Source: Trueperaceae bacterium | Lineage (GTDB): Bacteria; Deinococcota; Deinococci; Deinococcales; Trueperaceae | DNA length: 11,026 nt | Assembly: GCA_040905465.1 (NCBI GenBank) | Contig: JBBDRK010000053.1 | Location: 1-11,026, forward strand | Direction: 5' to 3' | Shown: positions 1 to 6,799 of the stretch, one piece after another | Layout of the letters: the number at the start of each line of letters is the position of its first letter | Position numbering within the stretch: the first letter of the stretch is position 1 | Position numbers and translations under genes: made by a program | Notes under the pieces: generated by a model | The model's input: only the letters and a program-made list of their open reading frames with translations | Databases searched by the model: none | Told to the model about the DNA's origin: nothing

Positions 1-266
1 GCGGAGTAGTCGCGGCCGTTGATGGTGGCGCGAAACGACACAACGGAGATGCCGCTGCCCTCGTCGCCGTAACCGATGTCGATCTCAGGGGTGGCGGTGT
101 CGATGCGCGAACTGTCGGCGGGGTGGACGATGCGCACTGTTGGTGGAGATGTATCCTCCACGGCGGCGAGCTGCTGCGGGGCGCAGGCGGTGGTCAGCCA
201 GGTCAGCGGCAGAAGCCACCAGCCGCGGCGAGTTATCCACTCCAGAGCCTGGGCGGGCGGGCTCAC
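1..266 (-). CDS. Putative lipoprotein with Ig-like domain, 5' part only (runs off the window start)
   Basis: Not in the ORF track; translated by hand from GTG at 266: MSPPAQALEWITRRGWWLLPLTWLTTACAPQQLAAVEDTSPPTVRIVHPADSSRIDTATPEIDIGYGDEGSGISVVSFRATINGRDYS. RR, a hydrophobic stretch and a lipobox-like LTTA-C are followed by DTxPPTV, typical of bacterial Ig-like domain starts. An in-frame TGA at 279-281 limits upstream extension. No strong RBS. Confidence 0.75.
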   Translation of the reverse strand, partial: MSPPAQALEWITRRGWWLLPLTWLTTACAPQQLAAVEDTSPPTVRIVHPADSSRIDTATPEIDIGYGDEGSGISVVSFRATINGRDYS

Positions 267-326
267 GACGCACCGACGTCATTGCAGCCATGGTGGGCTG
301 CCCGTATGCAAGCGGGAGTCGCCACC

Positions 327-1553
327 TCAGTACCTCTCCAACTCGGCGATGGTCGCGGCGATGCGATCGGCATCCTCCGCCCTGGGCGCGAGCTCGAGAT
401 AACGCTCGTAGGCAAGCACAGCTGTCTGGCTGTCGCCGTCCCGGTAGTGGGCGGTGCCCAGCTCGCGGTAAGCGGGGGCGTACTCGGCATCGGCGGCGAT
501 GGCGGTGTTGAAGTGCGAGATTGCGGCCGTAACCTCTGCCGGTCCGCCCGTCTCCATCGCTATCAGTCCCAGGTAGTAGGGCGGCACCGGGTCGCCGTCC
601 CACACCGCGGCGGCCTTTTCGAACATCGCTGTGGCAGTCTTGAAGCGCTTGGCTTCGTAGTCGAGCACGCCAACCAGCACTACCAGCTCGCGCGTGCGGC
701 GCTTGAACTCCTCGGTATTCACACCCAGGCGCTCGCTGGTCAACCGGTCGGCGTAGCGAGTAGCAACGAGTTCACGGGAGCGCTCGATGCGCCCGACCAG
801 CGTCGGATGGCTGCCGTAGAAGAAGTTCACCACGGGCGCCTGGTCGCCGAACTCCTTAAGGAGCTGCTCGAACGCGCCGGCGGCCTCGCGCGGATCGTAG
901 CCGGCATCCACCATAAGCGCCATGCCCACCTCGTCGGCTTCGGCCTCCCGGCCCCGGCCGTGACCGTTGATTGCCGCGTTCATCGTGTACTCGTAAGTCT
1001 TGTCCAGGGCCGCGCCCAAGGCGCCGGAATCCGCCCCGGCGGCGCCGACTCCGACCATCGCCACGTCGCCCAGGAGCGAAGTGGTGTACGCCTGCTCGAT
1101 GCCCTTCGGCACGTGGCGGTGGGTCACGTGCGCGAGTTCGTGCGCCATGACCGACGCGAGCTGCGCCTCGTTCTCCATTCGCGCGATCAGCCCGGCGTGG
1201 ACGTAAATGAGCCCGCCGCCCCAGGTGAAGGCGTTTACGTCGGAGTCCCCAACCACTCGAACCCGGTAGGCGAAAGGCTTCGGCTCGGCAACGGCCACCA
1301 ACCGTTGCAACATGTCAGTGAGATAAGCCTCGAGTAGCGGGTCGTCCCACATTGCGTTCTCGGCCTCGAAGTTTCTGGCGTTCTCCTGGGCCATGCGCGC
1401 TTCGTCGTCGTCGGTAAAGCTCGGCCTCTCCATTACCGCTCGCTCGGCGAGGTCAAGCCCGGGAGCTACGAGCGCTCCCGGGGAGCAGGCCGGCAGGGCG
1501 GCGAGAAGAACGAAGACGAGTGCGCCCACGATCGTTTTATTGCCCTTTTCCAT
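327..1553 (-). CDS. M48-family (BepA/YfgC-like) zinc metallopeptidase with C-terminal TPRs, predicted lipoprotein, 408 aa
   Basis: Contains VNAFTWGGG, HELAH (HExxH, 1128-1142), EAEAD (third Zn ligand region), SHP, and TPR-like C-terminal repeats (PPYYLG, AYRELG). Start moved from 1691 to ATG 1553 because of the RBS GAAGGAGG and the signal peptide MEKGNKTIVGALVFVLLAALPA-C. Confidence 0.92.
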   Translation of the reverse strand: MEKGNKTIVGALVFVLLAALPACSPGALVAPGLDLAERAVMERPSFTDDDEARMAQENARNFEAENAMWDDPLLEAYLTDMLQRLVAVAEPKPFAYRVRVVGDSDVNAFTWGGGLIYVHAGLIARMENEAQLASVMAHELAHVTHRHVPKGIEQAYTTSLLGDVAMVGVGAAGADSGALGAALDKTYEYTMNAAINGHGRGREAEADEVGMALMVDAGYDPREAAGAFEQLLKEFGDQAPVVNFFYGSHPTLVGRIERSRELVATRYADRLTSERLGVNTEEFKRRTRELVVLVGVLDYEAKRFKTATAMFEKAAAVWDGDPVPPYYLGLIAMETGGPAEVTAAISHFNTAIAADAEYAPAYRELGTAHYRDGDSQTAVLAYERYLELAPRAEDADRIAATIAELERY

Positions 1554-1588
1554 TTCTTCCTCCTTCACCGGCAACTGCCGGCCCCCGC

Positions 1589-2662
1589 TTAGCGTCCGGG
1601 CAGGCTCCACACCCGCCACCGGTCGAAGCCCACCTGCACGCCGGGTTCCTCGAACACTCCGGCGAACACGCCCACTTGCCCCTTCGTCCAAAGCGCGTCA
1701 CGAACCACGCCACGCAAATTGCCATTGACATAAAAGTGCAGGTCAGTGCCGTCGGCCAGCAGCAGCAGGTCGTTTGCGGCCATTCCCCGGTTGATACCGC
1801 CTTGGTCGGCCAACTCCCACTTCTGATCCCATACGACGGAGCCGTCCACGAAATGGAGCACCGCGTGATAGCCGTCGGCGCTTACAAGGAAGGCGTAATA
1901 GTTGTCGTTGTCCTGGTACCGGGCAACGATGCCCAGCGCATTGTCCTCCGGCCCGGCCAGTGTCGCCGCCTGGACCTCGATCACTGCGTCGTCGAAGATT
2001 CCGTCGTGAACCGAAACCGCTGGCGCATTGCGCCCCTGGAGCGTGATCACCAGCCGGCCCGAGTCGTAGACGATCTTGCCCGTCTCCCCTGATGCCGTGC
2101 CCCAGCCGCTGGCGGGATCGTCGAAATCGTCCTCGAAGAGCAGGTGCTCGACCGTCGGCAGGCCGTCCTGGTGCCCGCCCTCAACCGCGTCCCCCCTGCC
2201 GTCCGGCTCGCCGACTGGACCGCCGGTCGCCGCCTCTTCGACCACGAACTCGCCTGAGCGCACCAGCTCTGTATTGAGGCTTATGTCGAGCCGGTAGCCG
2301 CCGGCCGCCGCCCCCTCATCGAAGGAGATCGAGAAGTAGAGTTTTCCCGTGGGGACGTTACCGGTCACGCCCAACACCTGGCGAAGCGTGGTGGCCTGGC
2401 TCAGCACCACCTCGCCGTCCAGGTACCAGACTCCGCTCAGAACGTCGTCGGCGTCGACGTTCTCGAACTCGAAGAAGGCGTATACCATGGTGGAGCCGCC
2501 CGGGAAACGGTCCCTCGGATCGACCGGCTCCACGTCCGCTTCGCCGCTCGCGAAGACGATCGGACCCACCGTCTTCTGGGCCAGTGCGAGCGTTCCGATC
2601 AGCAGCGGGAGAGTCAAGAGGAGACGGACTGCGCGCACGACGCGGTAGCTCGACAGCGCCAC
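1589..2662 (-). CDS. Secreted two-domain protein: N-terminal Ig-like beta-sandwich plus C-terminal concanavalin-A/DUF1080-like beta-sandwich
   Basis: Signal peptide RVVRAVRLLLTLPLLIGTLALA-Q. N-domain has VYAFFEF..WYLDG..YRLDISLN, then a G/P/E-rich linker. C-domain has LLFEDDFDD..GW, GIVARYQDNDNYYAFLVSADG, FYVNG and GQVGVFA. GTG at 2662 lies 8 nt after GGGAGG; GTG at 2668 (GTGA overlap with the upstream stop) is an alternative start. Confidence 0.75.
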   Translation of the reverse strand: MALSSYRVVRAVRLLLTLPLLIGTLALAQKTVGPIVFASGEADVEPVDPRDRFPGGSTMVYAFFEFENVDADDVLSGVWYLDGEVVLSQATTLRQVLGVTGNVPTGKLYFSISFDEGAAAGGYRLDISLNTELVRSGEFVVEEAATGGPVGEPDGRGDAVEGGHQDGLPTVEHLLFEDDFDDPASGWGTASGETGKIVYDSGRLVITLQGRNAPAVSVHDGIFDDAVIEVQAATLAGPEDNALGIVARYQDNDNYYAFLVSADGYHAVLHFVDGSVVWDQKWELADQGGINRGMAANDLLLLADGTDLHFYVNGNLRGVVRDALWTKGQVGVFAGVFEEPGVQVGFDRWRVWSLPGR

Positions 2663-2664
2663 GA

Positions 2665-3177
2665 TCACAACCTCCCGAAGGTGACGCCCTTGTAGGTCCA
2701 ACCACTGCCGGTGACCGCCTCCTGAATCGGCTTCTTGATCTCGCGAGTTTCGAATCGGTAGTTATAGACCACGCCGGGCTCGAGGGTTTCGGTGAACGCG
2801 TACGCCTTGCCGAACTCGATCGACTGCTTTTGGCCCCTGAAGCCGGACGCGGCGATGGAGAGCTGAGGTACGCCTGCCCGCCACGCCACGCCGTACTCGC
2901 GGTCTAGCGACCTGACGTGATGCTTGAGCTCATCGAACTTGAGGAAGATACGGAACACCTTCGAGATCCCGGCCTTGGCGAAGAGCTCGTACCATTCGGC
3001 GTCAACGATCTTCCACTCGGCGATCAGATCGACATGCTCAGGAGTGCCGTCGATGATCCGATATGGCGCCGCGGGCCGATTGAGGTGCAGCAGCCGCTCG
3101 TACAACTCCTCGGCCGGCAATGCCTGAACCCCGGCAACGGGGCGGCGGGTAGATGTGAGAAAGTCGAACAAGTCCAT
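2665..3177 (-). CDS. Hypothetical protein, 170 aa, probably cytoplasmic
   Basis: Protein-like composition (K/F/Y/E-rich against the GC background), RBS GAGAGGAAGG upstream of ATG, and tight packing between co-oriented genes. No signal peptide or TM segment visible. Confidence 0.85.
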   Translation of the reverse strand: MDLFDFLTSTRRPVAGVQALPAEELYERLLHLNRPAAPYRIIDGTPEHVDLIAEWKIVDAEWYELFAKAGISKVFRIFLKFDELKHHVRSLDREYGVAWRAGVPQLSIAASGFRGQKQSIEFGKAYAFTETLEPGVVYNYRFETREIKKPIQEAVTGSGWTYKGVTFGRL

Positions 3178-3204
3178 GCCTTCCTCTCGAACGCCGAAGC
3201 AGGT

Positions 3205-3633
3205 TTAGGGCGCAACTTCGGCGGCAGCGTTCCGCTGCCTGATCACGACCGTGCCGGCGACCCGGTCACCGAGGCGCTGACGCTTGTGCGATCCCCAAAC
3301 CAGCAGCGCCGCCACCAGATAGAAGAGGAACCCGTCGACCACCCTCAGCACGTTGCGAACGATGGCCGCCGGCCAGCCGATTGGCGCGCCGTCCTCTTTG
3401 ACCACGCGCAGGCCGAGCAGGAACTTGCCGAGGCTCGCGCCCAGAGTCGCTTCCATCGCCGCGTAGTACACGAACCAGATGAGGAACGAGAGGAAGGCCG
3501 GGCCTCCCTGCAGCTCGAATCCAGTCTCGGTAATGCCGCCCGTAAAAACGGCCACCGCATACGCGACCGCGAAGAGCACGCCGGCGTCGATTATCGCCGC
3601 GACCGCCCGCCAACCCACGCTTGCATATGCCAT
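3205..3633 (-). CDS. RDD-family membrane protein, 142 aa
   Basis: Family signatures YASVGWRAVAAIID, G.SLGKFLLGLRVV, AIVRN and RQRLGDRVAGTVV, with about three hydrophobic segments. RBS GGAGG 7 nt upstream of ATG. Confidence 0.93.
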   Translation of the reverse strand: MAYASVGWRAVAAIIDAGVLFAVAYAVAVFTGGITETGFELQGGPAFLSFLIWFVYYAAMEATLGASLGKFLLGLRVVKEDGAPIGWPAAIVRNVLRVVDGFLFYLVAALLVWGSHKRQRLGDRVAGTVVIRQRNAAAEVAP

Positions 3634-3715
3634 TCGTATACCTCCGCTTCCTTCGCGCCTGACTCACGCGGCCCGTTCAGATTCGAGTCCGCGTGGCGAA
3701 TTTCCGATTCGCGCC

Positions 3716-3760
3716 AGTGTGCCCACGCCCTCTCAACACTCTCTCAACAGCCCCTCAACA
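3716..3760 (-). promoter_or_regulatory. Putative SARP-type activated promoter for the RDD operon: three 9-bp direct repeats in 11-bp phase plus a -10-like hexamer
   Basis: Minus strand reads TGTTGAGGG (3760-3752), TGTTGAGAG (3749-3741), TGTTGAGAG (3738-3730), an 8-nt spacer, then CACACT (3721-3716). Confidence 0.7.
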
Positions 3761-3799
3761 TCTCTAAGAAAACGTGGGAAAAAAGGACTAGAGTGTTGC

Positions 3800-6607
3800 A
3801 TGACAGTGCGACAACCGAGCGCGGCGCCGAGTTGGGTGCTGGAGCGCCCGCGGTTGCTGACTGCGCTCGCGGGGGCGACCTGCCCGCTCGTCGCGTTGCG
3901 TGCGGGTGCCGGTTGCGGCAAGACCGTGCTCGCGACCCAGTGGGCTGCGAGCCGTGTCGGGACGCGCTGGTGCGACCTGTGCGGCGAGCCCTTCATGGAG
4001 ATCGACAGGTGGAACGAAGCCGGCGGCGATCTGGTGCTAGACGGCTACGTGCCGGGGGTGCCGGAGCTGGACGACGCGATTACCGCGCTACTCGATGGCT
4101 GCCCCGAGGGCCACCACCTGATCATCCTTTCCCGGGCCGAGCCGGGGTTGGACATGGGTCGCCGTCGGATCGAGGGAACGGTGTTCGAGCTGGGTGCGCT
4201 CGACCTGGCCTTCAGTCGCGACGAGACGCGAGAGTTGCTGTGCGGGGCCACGGGTGTCGGCTGTGAGGAAGCGACCCTCGATGCGCTGATGAACCGCACC
4301 CTCGGCTGGCCCGCCGCAGTTCGCCTGGCGATGCTCGAAATGCCGGACGTGGCAGCCGGGAACCTGCCGGTATCGATCAACGGGGCCACCGGTCAGTTTG
4401 CCGATTACGTGGAGACCGAGATCTGGCAGCCGCTCGACGCGAACCAACGCGAGTTCGCTCTCGCCACCTCGCTGCTCGAGGAGTTCCAACCGGAGTGGTG
4501 CGACGGCATCAGTGAGTGCGGGGGCGGCTCTCGTATGATTCGCGAGCTGCGCGCCGCCGAGTCATGGCTGTTGCCGCCGAGGCAGGTAGGTGAGGGGTAT
4601 CGCCACCACCCGCTGGTCCGCGAGTTTTTCCTGGCACACTTGGGCGAGCAGCCTGCGAAGCGGCGCGAGTTGGAGACGCGCTCGGCCCGGACCCTGAGCG
4701 CCAATCGGCGTACCGTGGAGGCGACAGAGCTCGCGCTCAACGCGGAAGCATGGGAGCTGGCCATCGACTGCCTGCGGCGAGGAGCCGACCGGGCGTTTCG
4801 AGAGGGCCAGGGGGAGAGGCTGCGCGGCTACCTGGGTAGGTTCCCCGCCTCATATCGCCACCGTCCGGAGCTGCTGCGCATCGAGGGTTACCTGTCGTGG
4901 GCTGCCGGTGACCTCGAGGTCGCACTCGTCAAGGCGTCGTGGGCAGCCGAGGCTGAGGATGTCGACCTGCGGGCCGACGCACTGATCCTGCAGGCGGCCG
5001 TCCACTATGCCCAGGGCAAGTTCGCCGAAGAGCTGGCCGCGCTGCAGCAGGCCATCGACCTGGCTCCCGGCGACTCCCATGTCCTGGGCAAGGCCTGGTT
5101 CGGCCTGGGCTCGCTCCATTACCGGGCGGGCAGAATCACCGAGGCCGAGGGCGCCCTGCAGCGTGCAGCGGCGCTGACACACGAAGGCGAGCCGGCGCAC
5201 GCCGGGGTGTTGAGCATCCTGGCGCTGCTGCCCTTGGCCCGCGGCATCCCGCGGGCCGCATTGGCGGGCCTGACGCGAGCGGTGGAAAGCAATCGCAGCG
5301 TAGGGAACCGGCGCGGCGAGGCGCACGCCTGCTATCACCTGGCGATCGCACTCAACCAGTCGGGGATGCATCAGCGGGCACTGGACACCCTGGCCGAAGC
5401 GGAGCGACTGGGGCGCGAGCTGGGCCTGGCGCACCTGGCGGCGCTGGTGGCGCGCGAGACGGCCGACGCCCACCGCGATCTGCGGACCGGTGAGGCGTTC
5501 GAGCGCTACCGCCAGGCGATAGCCGAGATGGATTCGCTGGGCGCCTCATCAGGCCTGCTGCACGTATATCACGGGCTGGCGGTGCACCTGCGCCGCGAGA
5601 ACGATCCGGCTGCGGCACGGCGGGCAGCCGAGAAAGCGCTCGACCACACCGCCAGCGGAGATCCGGCCTTCGTTTCCCTCGTGCGACTGCACCTGGCGCT
5701 GCTGAGCGACGATGCCGGCGCATTTCGCGAGCGTCTCGCCGAGACGCTCGGCCACCCGCACCGCTACTACCAGGCGCTGGCCCTGCTGTATGCAACAGCG
5801 GCCGATCGGGGCGCCGCCCGTCAGCGGGCCAAGGAGGCTCTGGCCCTGATTCAGGACGAGGGGTTCGAACACCTGCTGCGCGAGGAGCAGACGCTGGCGG
5901 CGCCGTGGCTCGGGACGATATCGCAGGGGCCGCCACCTGCTCCCGACGCTCCGCTGGAGCATCCCAGCCGCTTCAAGCTGTACCTGCTTGGGGGCATCAC
6001 TCTCCAGGACCCCGACGGGAACGGGTTGCAAACGCGACCGCAGGCTCTCAAGTTGTTGGCCTACCTGGCCCTGCGCCGCGGGGCCACCGTGGACCCGGCT
6101 CAACTGATCGACGCAATGTGGCCGGAGCGAGGCAACGAGATGCGGCCAACCATGCAGACCCTGATCTGGTCTCTGCGCCGAAGCCTGCATGAGCGGTTGA
6201 TAGTGACTCACGCCAGCGGTTACACCTTCGACCCGGACGACCTGGTGTGGGTCGACACCGAGGAGTTCGGCCGAAGCCTGCGCGAGGAGCGGTTCGACGA
6301 ATGCATCGCGCTCTACCGTGGCGAGCTCCTGCCCGGGGTCGAGTGGGCCGACCTGGAGCGCCGCCATCTCGAGAACCGGTTTCTGCGCGCGCTAGAGGAA
6401 CTGGCCGACGACCGTTGTGCCGCGGGCAAGAGTGACGAGGGGATCGAACTCTACGAGCAGATCGTCGCGATCGACCCGCTGGCCGAGGAAGCCTACCGGA
6501 AGCTGATCGCCTGCCACCAGAAAGCGGGTCGCGGCGATGCCGCGCAACGGTTTCAGCGGGAGTTCGCCCACCGGCTCGAGCGGGAGCTGGGGCTTTCGGC
6601 CGACTGA
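3800..6607 (+). CDS. MalT-like STAND transcriptional regulator with TPRs and C-terminal OmpR-type wHTH + BTAD (SARP-type output), 935 aa
   Basis: Contains ERPRL, Walker A GAGCGKT (3905-3925), LIILSR.EP, DLAFSRDE, TLGWPAAVRL, DYVETEI and YRHHPLVREFF (MalT-like NBD/WHD), followed by a helical TPR region. The C-terminus has LYLLGG, LLAYLAL, LIDAMWPE, WVDTEEF, ALYRGELLPG and DPLAEEAYRKLI (wHTH + BTAD). Start set at ATG 3800 because the longer ORF overlaps the RDD gene. Confidence 0.9.
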   Translation: MTVRQPSAAPSWVLERPRLLTALAGATCPLVALRAGAGCGKTVLATQWAASRVGTRWCDLCGEPFMEIDRWNEAGGDLVLDGYVPGVPELDDAITALLDGCPEGHHLIILSRAEPGLDMGRRRIEGTVFELGALDLAFSRDETRELLCGATGVGCEEATLDALMNRTLGWPAAVRLAMLEMPDVAAGNLPVSINGATGQFADYVETEIWQPLDANQREFALATSLLEEFQPEWCDGISECGGGSRMIRELRAAESWLLPPRQVGEGYRHHPLVREFFLAHLGEQPAKRRELETRSARTLSANRRTVEATELALNAEAWELAIDCLRRGADRAFREGQGERLRGYLGRFPASYRHRPELLRIEGYLSWAAGDLEVALVKASWAAEAEDVDLRADALILQAAVHYAQGKFAEELAALQQAIDLAPGDSHVLGKAWFGLGSLHYRAGRITEAEGALQRAAALTHEGEPAHAGVLSILALLPLARGIPRAALAGLTRAVESNRSVGNRRGEAHACYHLAIALNQSGMHQRALDTLAEAERLGRELGLAHLAALVARETADAHRDLRTGEAFERYRQAIAEMDSLGASSGLLHVYHGLAVHLRRENDPAAARRAAEKALDHTASGDPAFVSLVRLHLALLSDDAGAFRERLAETLGHPHRYYQALALLYATAADRGAARQRAKEALALIQDEGFEHLLREEQTLAAPWLGTISQGPPPAPDAPLEHPSRFKLYLLGGITLQDPDGNGLQTRPQALKLLAYLALRRGATVDPAQLIDAMWPERGNEMRPTMQTLIWSLRRSLHERLIVTHASGYTFDPDDLVWVDTEEFGRSLREERFDECIALYRGELLPGVEWADLERRHLENRFLRALEELADDRCAAGKSDEGIELYEQIVAIDPLAEEAYRKLIACHQKAGRGDAAQRFQREFAHRLERELGLSAD

Positions 6608-6745
6608 GAGTCGGACCGGCCGGTATGACCGGGCCGCGAGCGGGATAAACTCGACCTTCTGCCCGGGCCCGGTCTTGGCAGCCCATCGAAACGAGCCGTA
6701 CCGCGCGCAATGCAGGCACACGTGCCGGCCGCGGTGAGCCAAGGC

Positions 6746-6779
6746 CGTTGAGCGTTCGTTGAGCGCCATGAGCTAATTT
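6746..6779 (+). promoter_or_regulatory. Putative SARP-type activated promoter for the propeller lipoprotein: two perfect 9-bp repeats in 11-bp phase plus a -10 hexamer
   Basis: CGTTGAGCG (6746-6754), TT, CGTTGAGCG (6757-6765), an 8-nt spacer, TAATTT (6774-6779), then RBS AAGGAGG (6789-6795) and ATG 6800. Confidence 0.72.
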
Positions 6780-6799
6780 CCTCCGAGCAAGGAGGAAAC

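Noticed and set aside
123-1337. 404-aa plus-strand ORF
   Set aside because: Antisense shadow of the M48 gene, common in high-GC DNA; no recognisable motifs.
1554-1691. Upstream start of the M48 ORF at 1691
   Set aside because: Overlaps the upstream gene; RBS and signal peptide indicate ATG 1553.
3479-3799. N-terminal extension of the regulator to 1042 aa
   Set aside because: Overlaps the RDD gene and the operator repeats; MalT-like similarity begins after ATG 3800.
2917-4266. 449-aa plus-strand ORF
   Set aside because: Overlaps three well-supported genes and the regulatory region; Arg/Gly-rich with no domain signal.
3800-6607. STAND + TPR protein as an Avs-type antiphage system
   Set aside because: The output domain is wHTH-BTAD (transcriptional), with no nuclease, SIR2, TIR or other effector, and the neighbours are not recognisable defence genes.
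6675-6730. Loose resemblance to a c-di-GMP-I riboswitch (GGCA..CGAAA..CGCAA)
   Set aside because: Conserved motifs and stems do not form properly, and it lies upstream of the predicted promoter.
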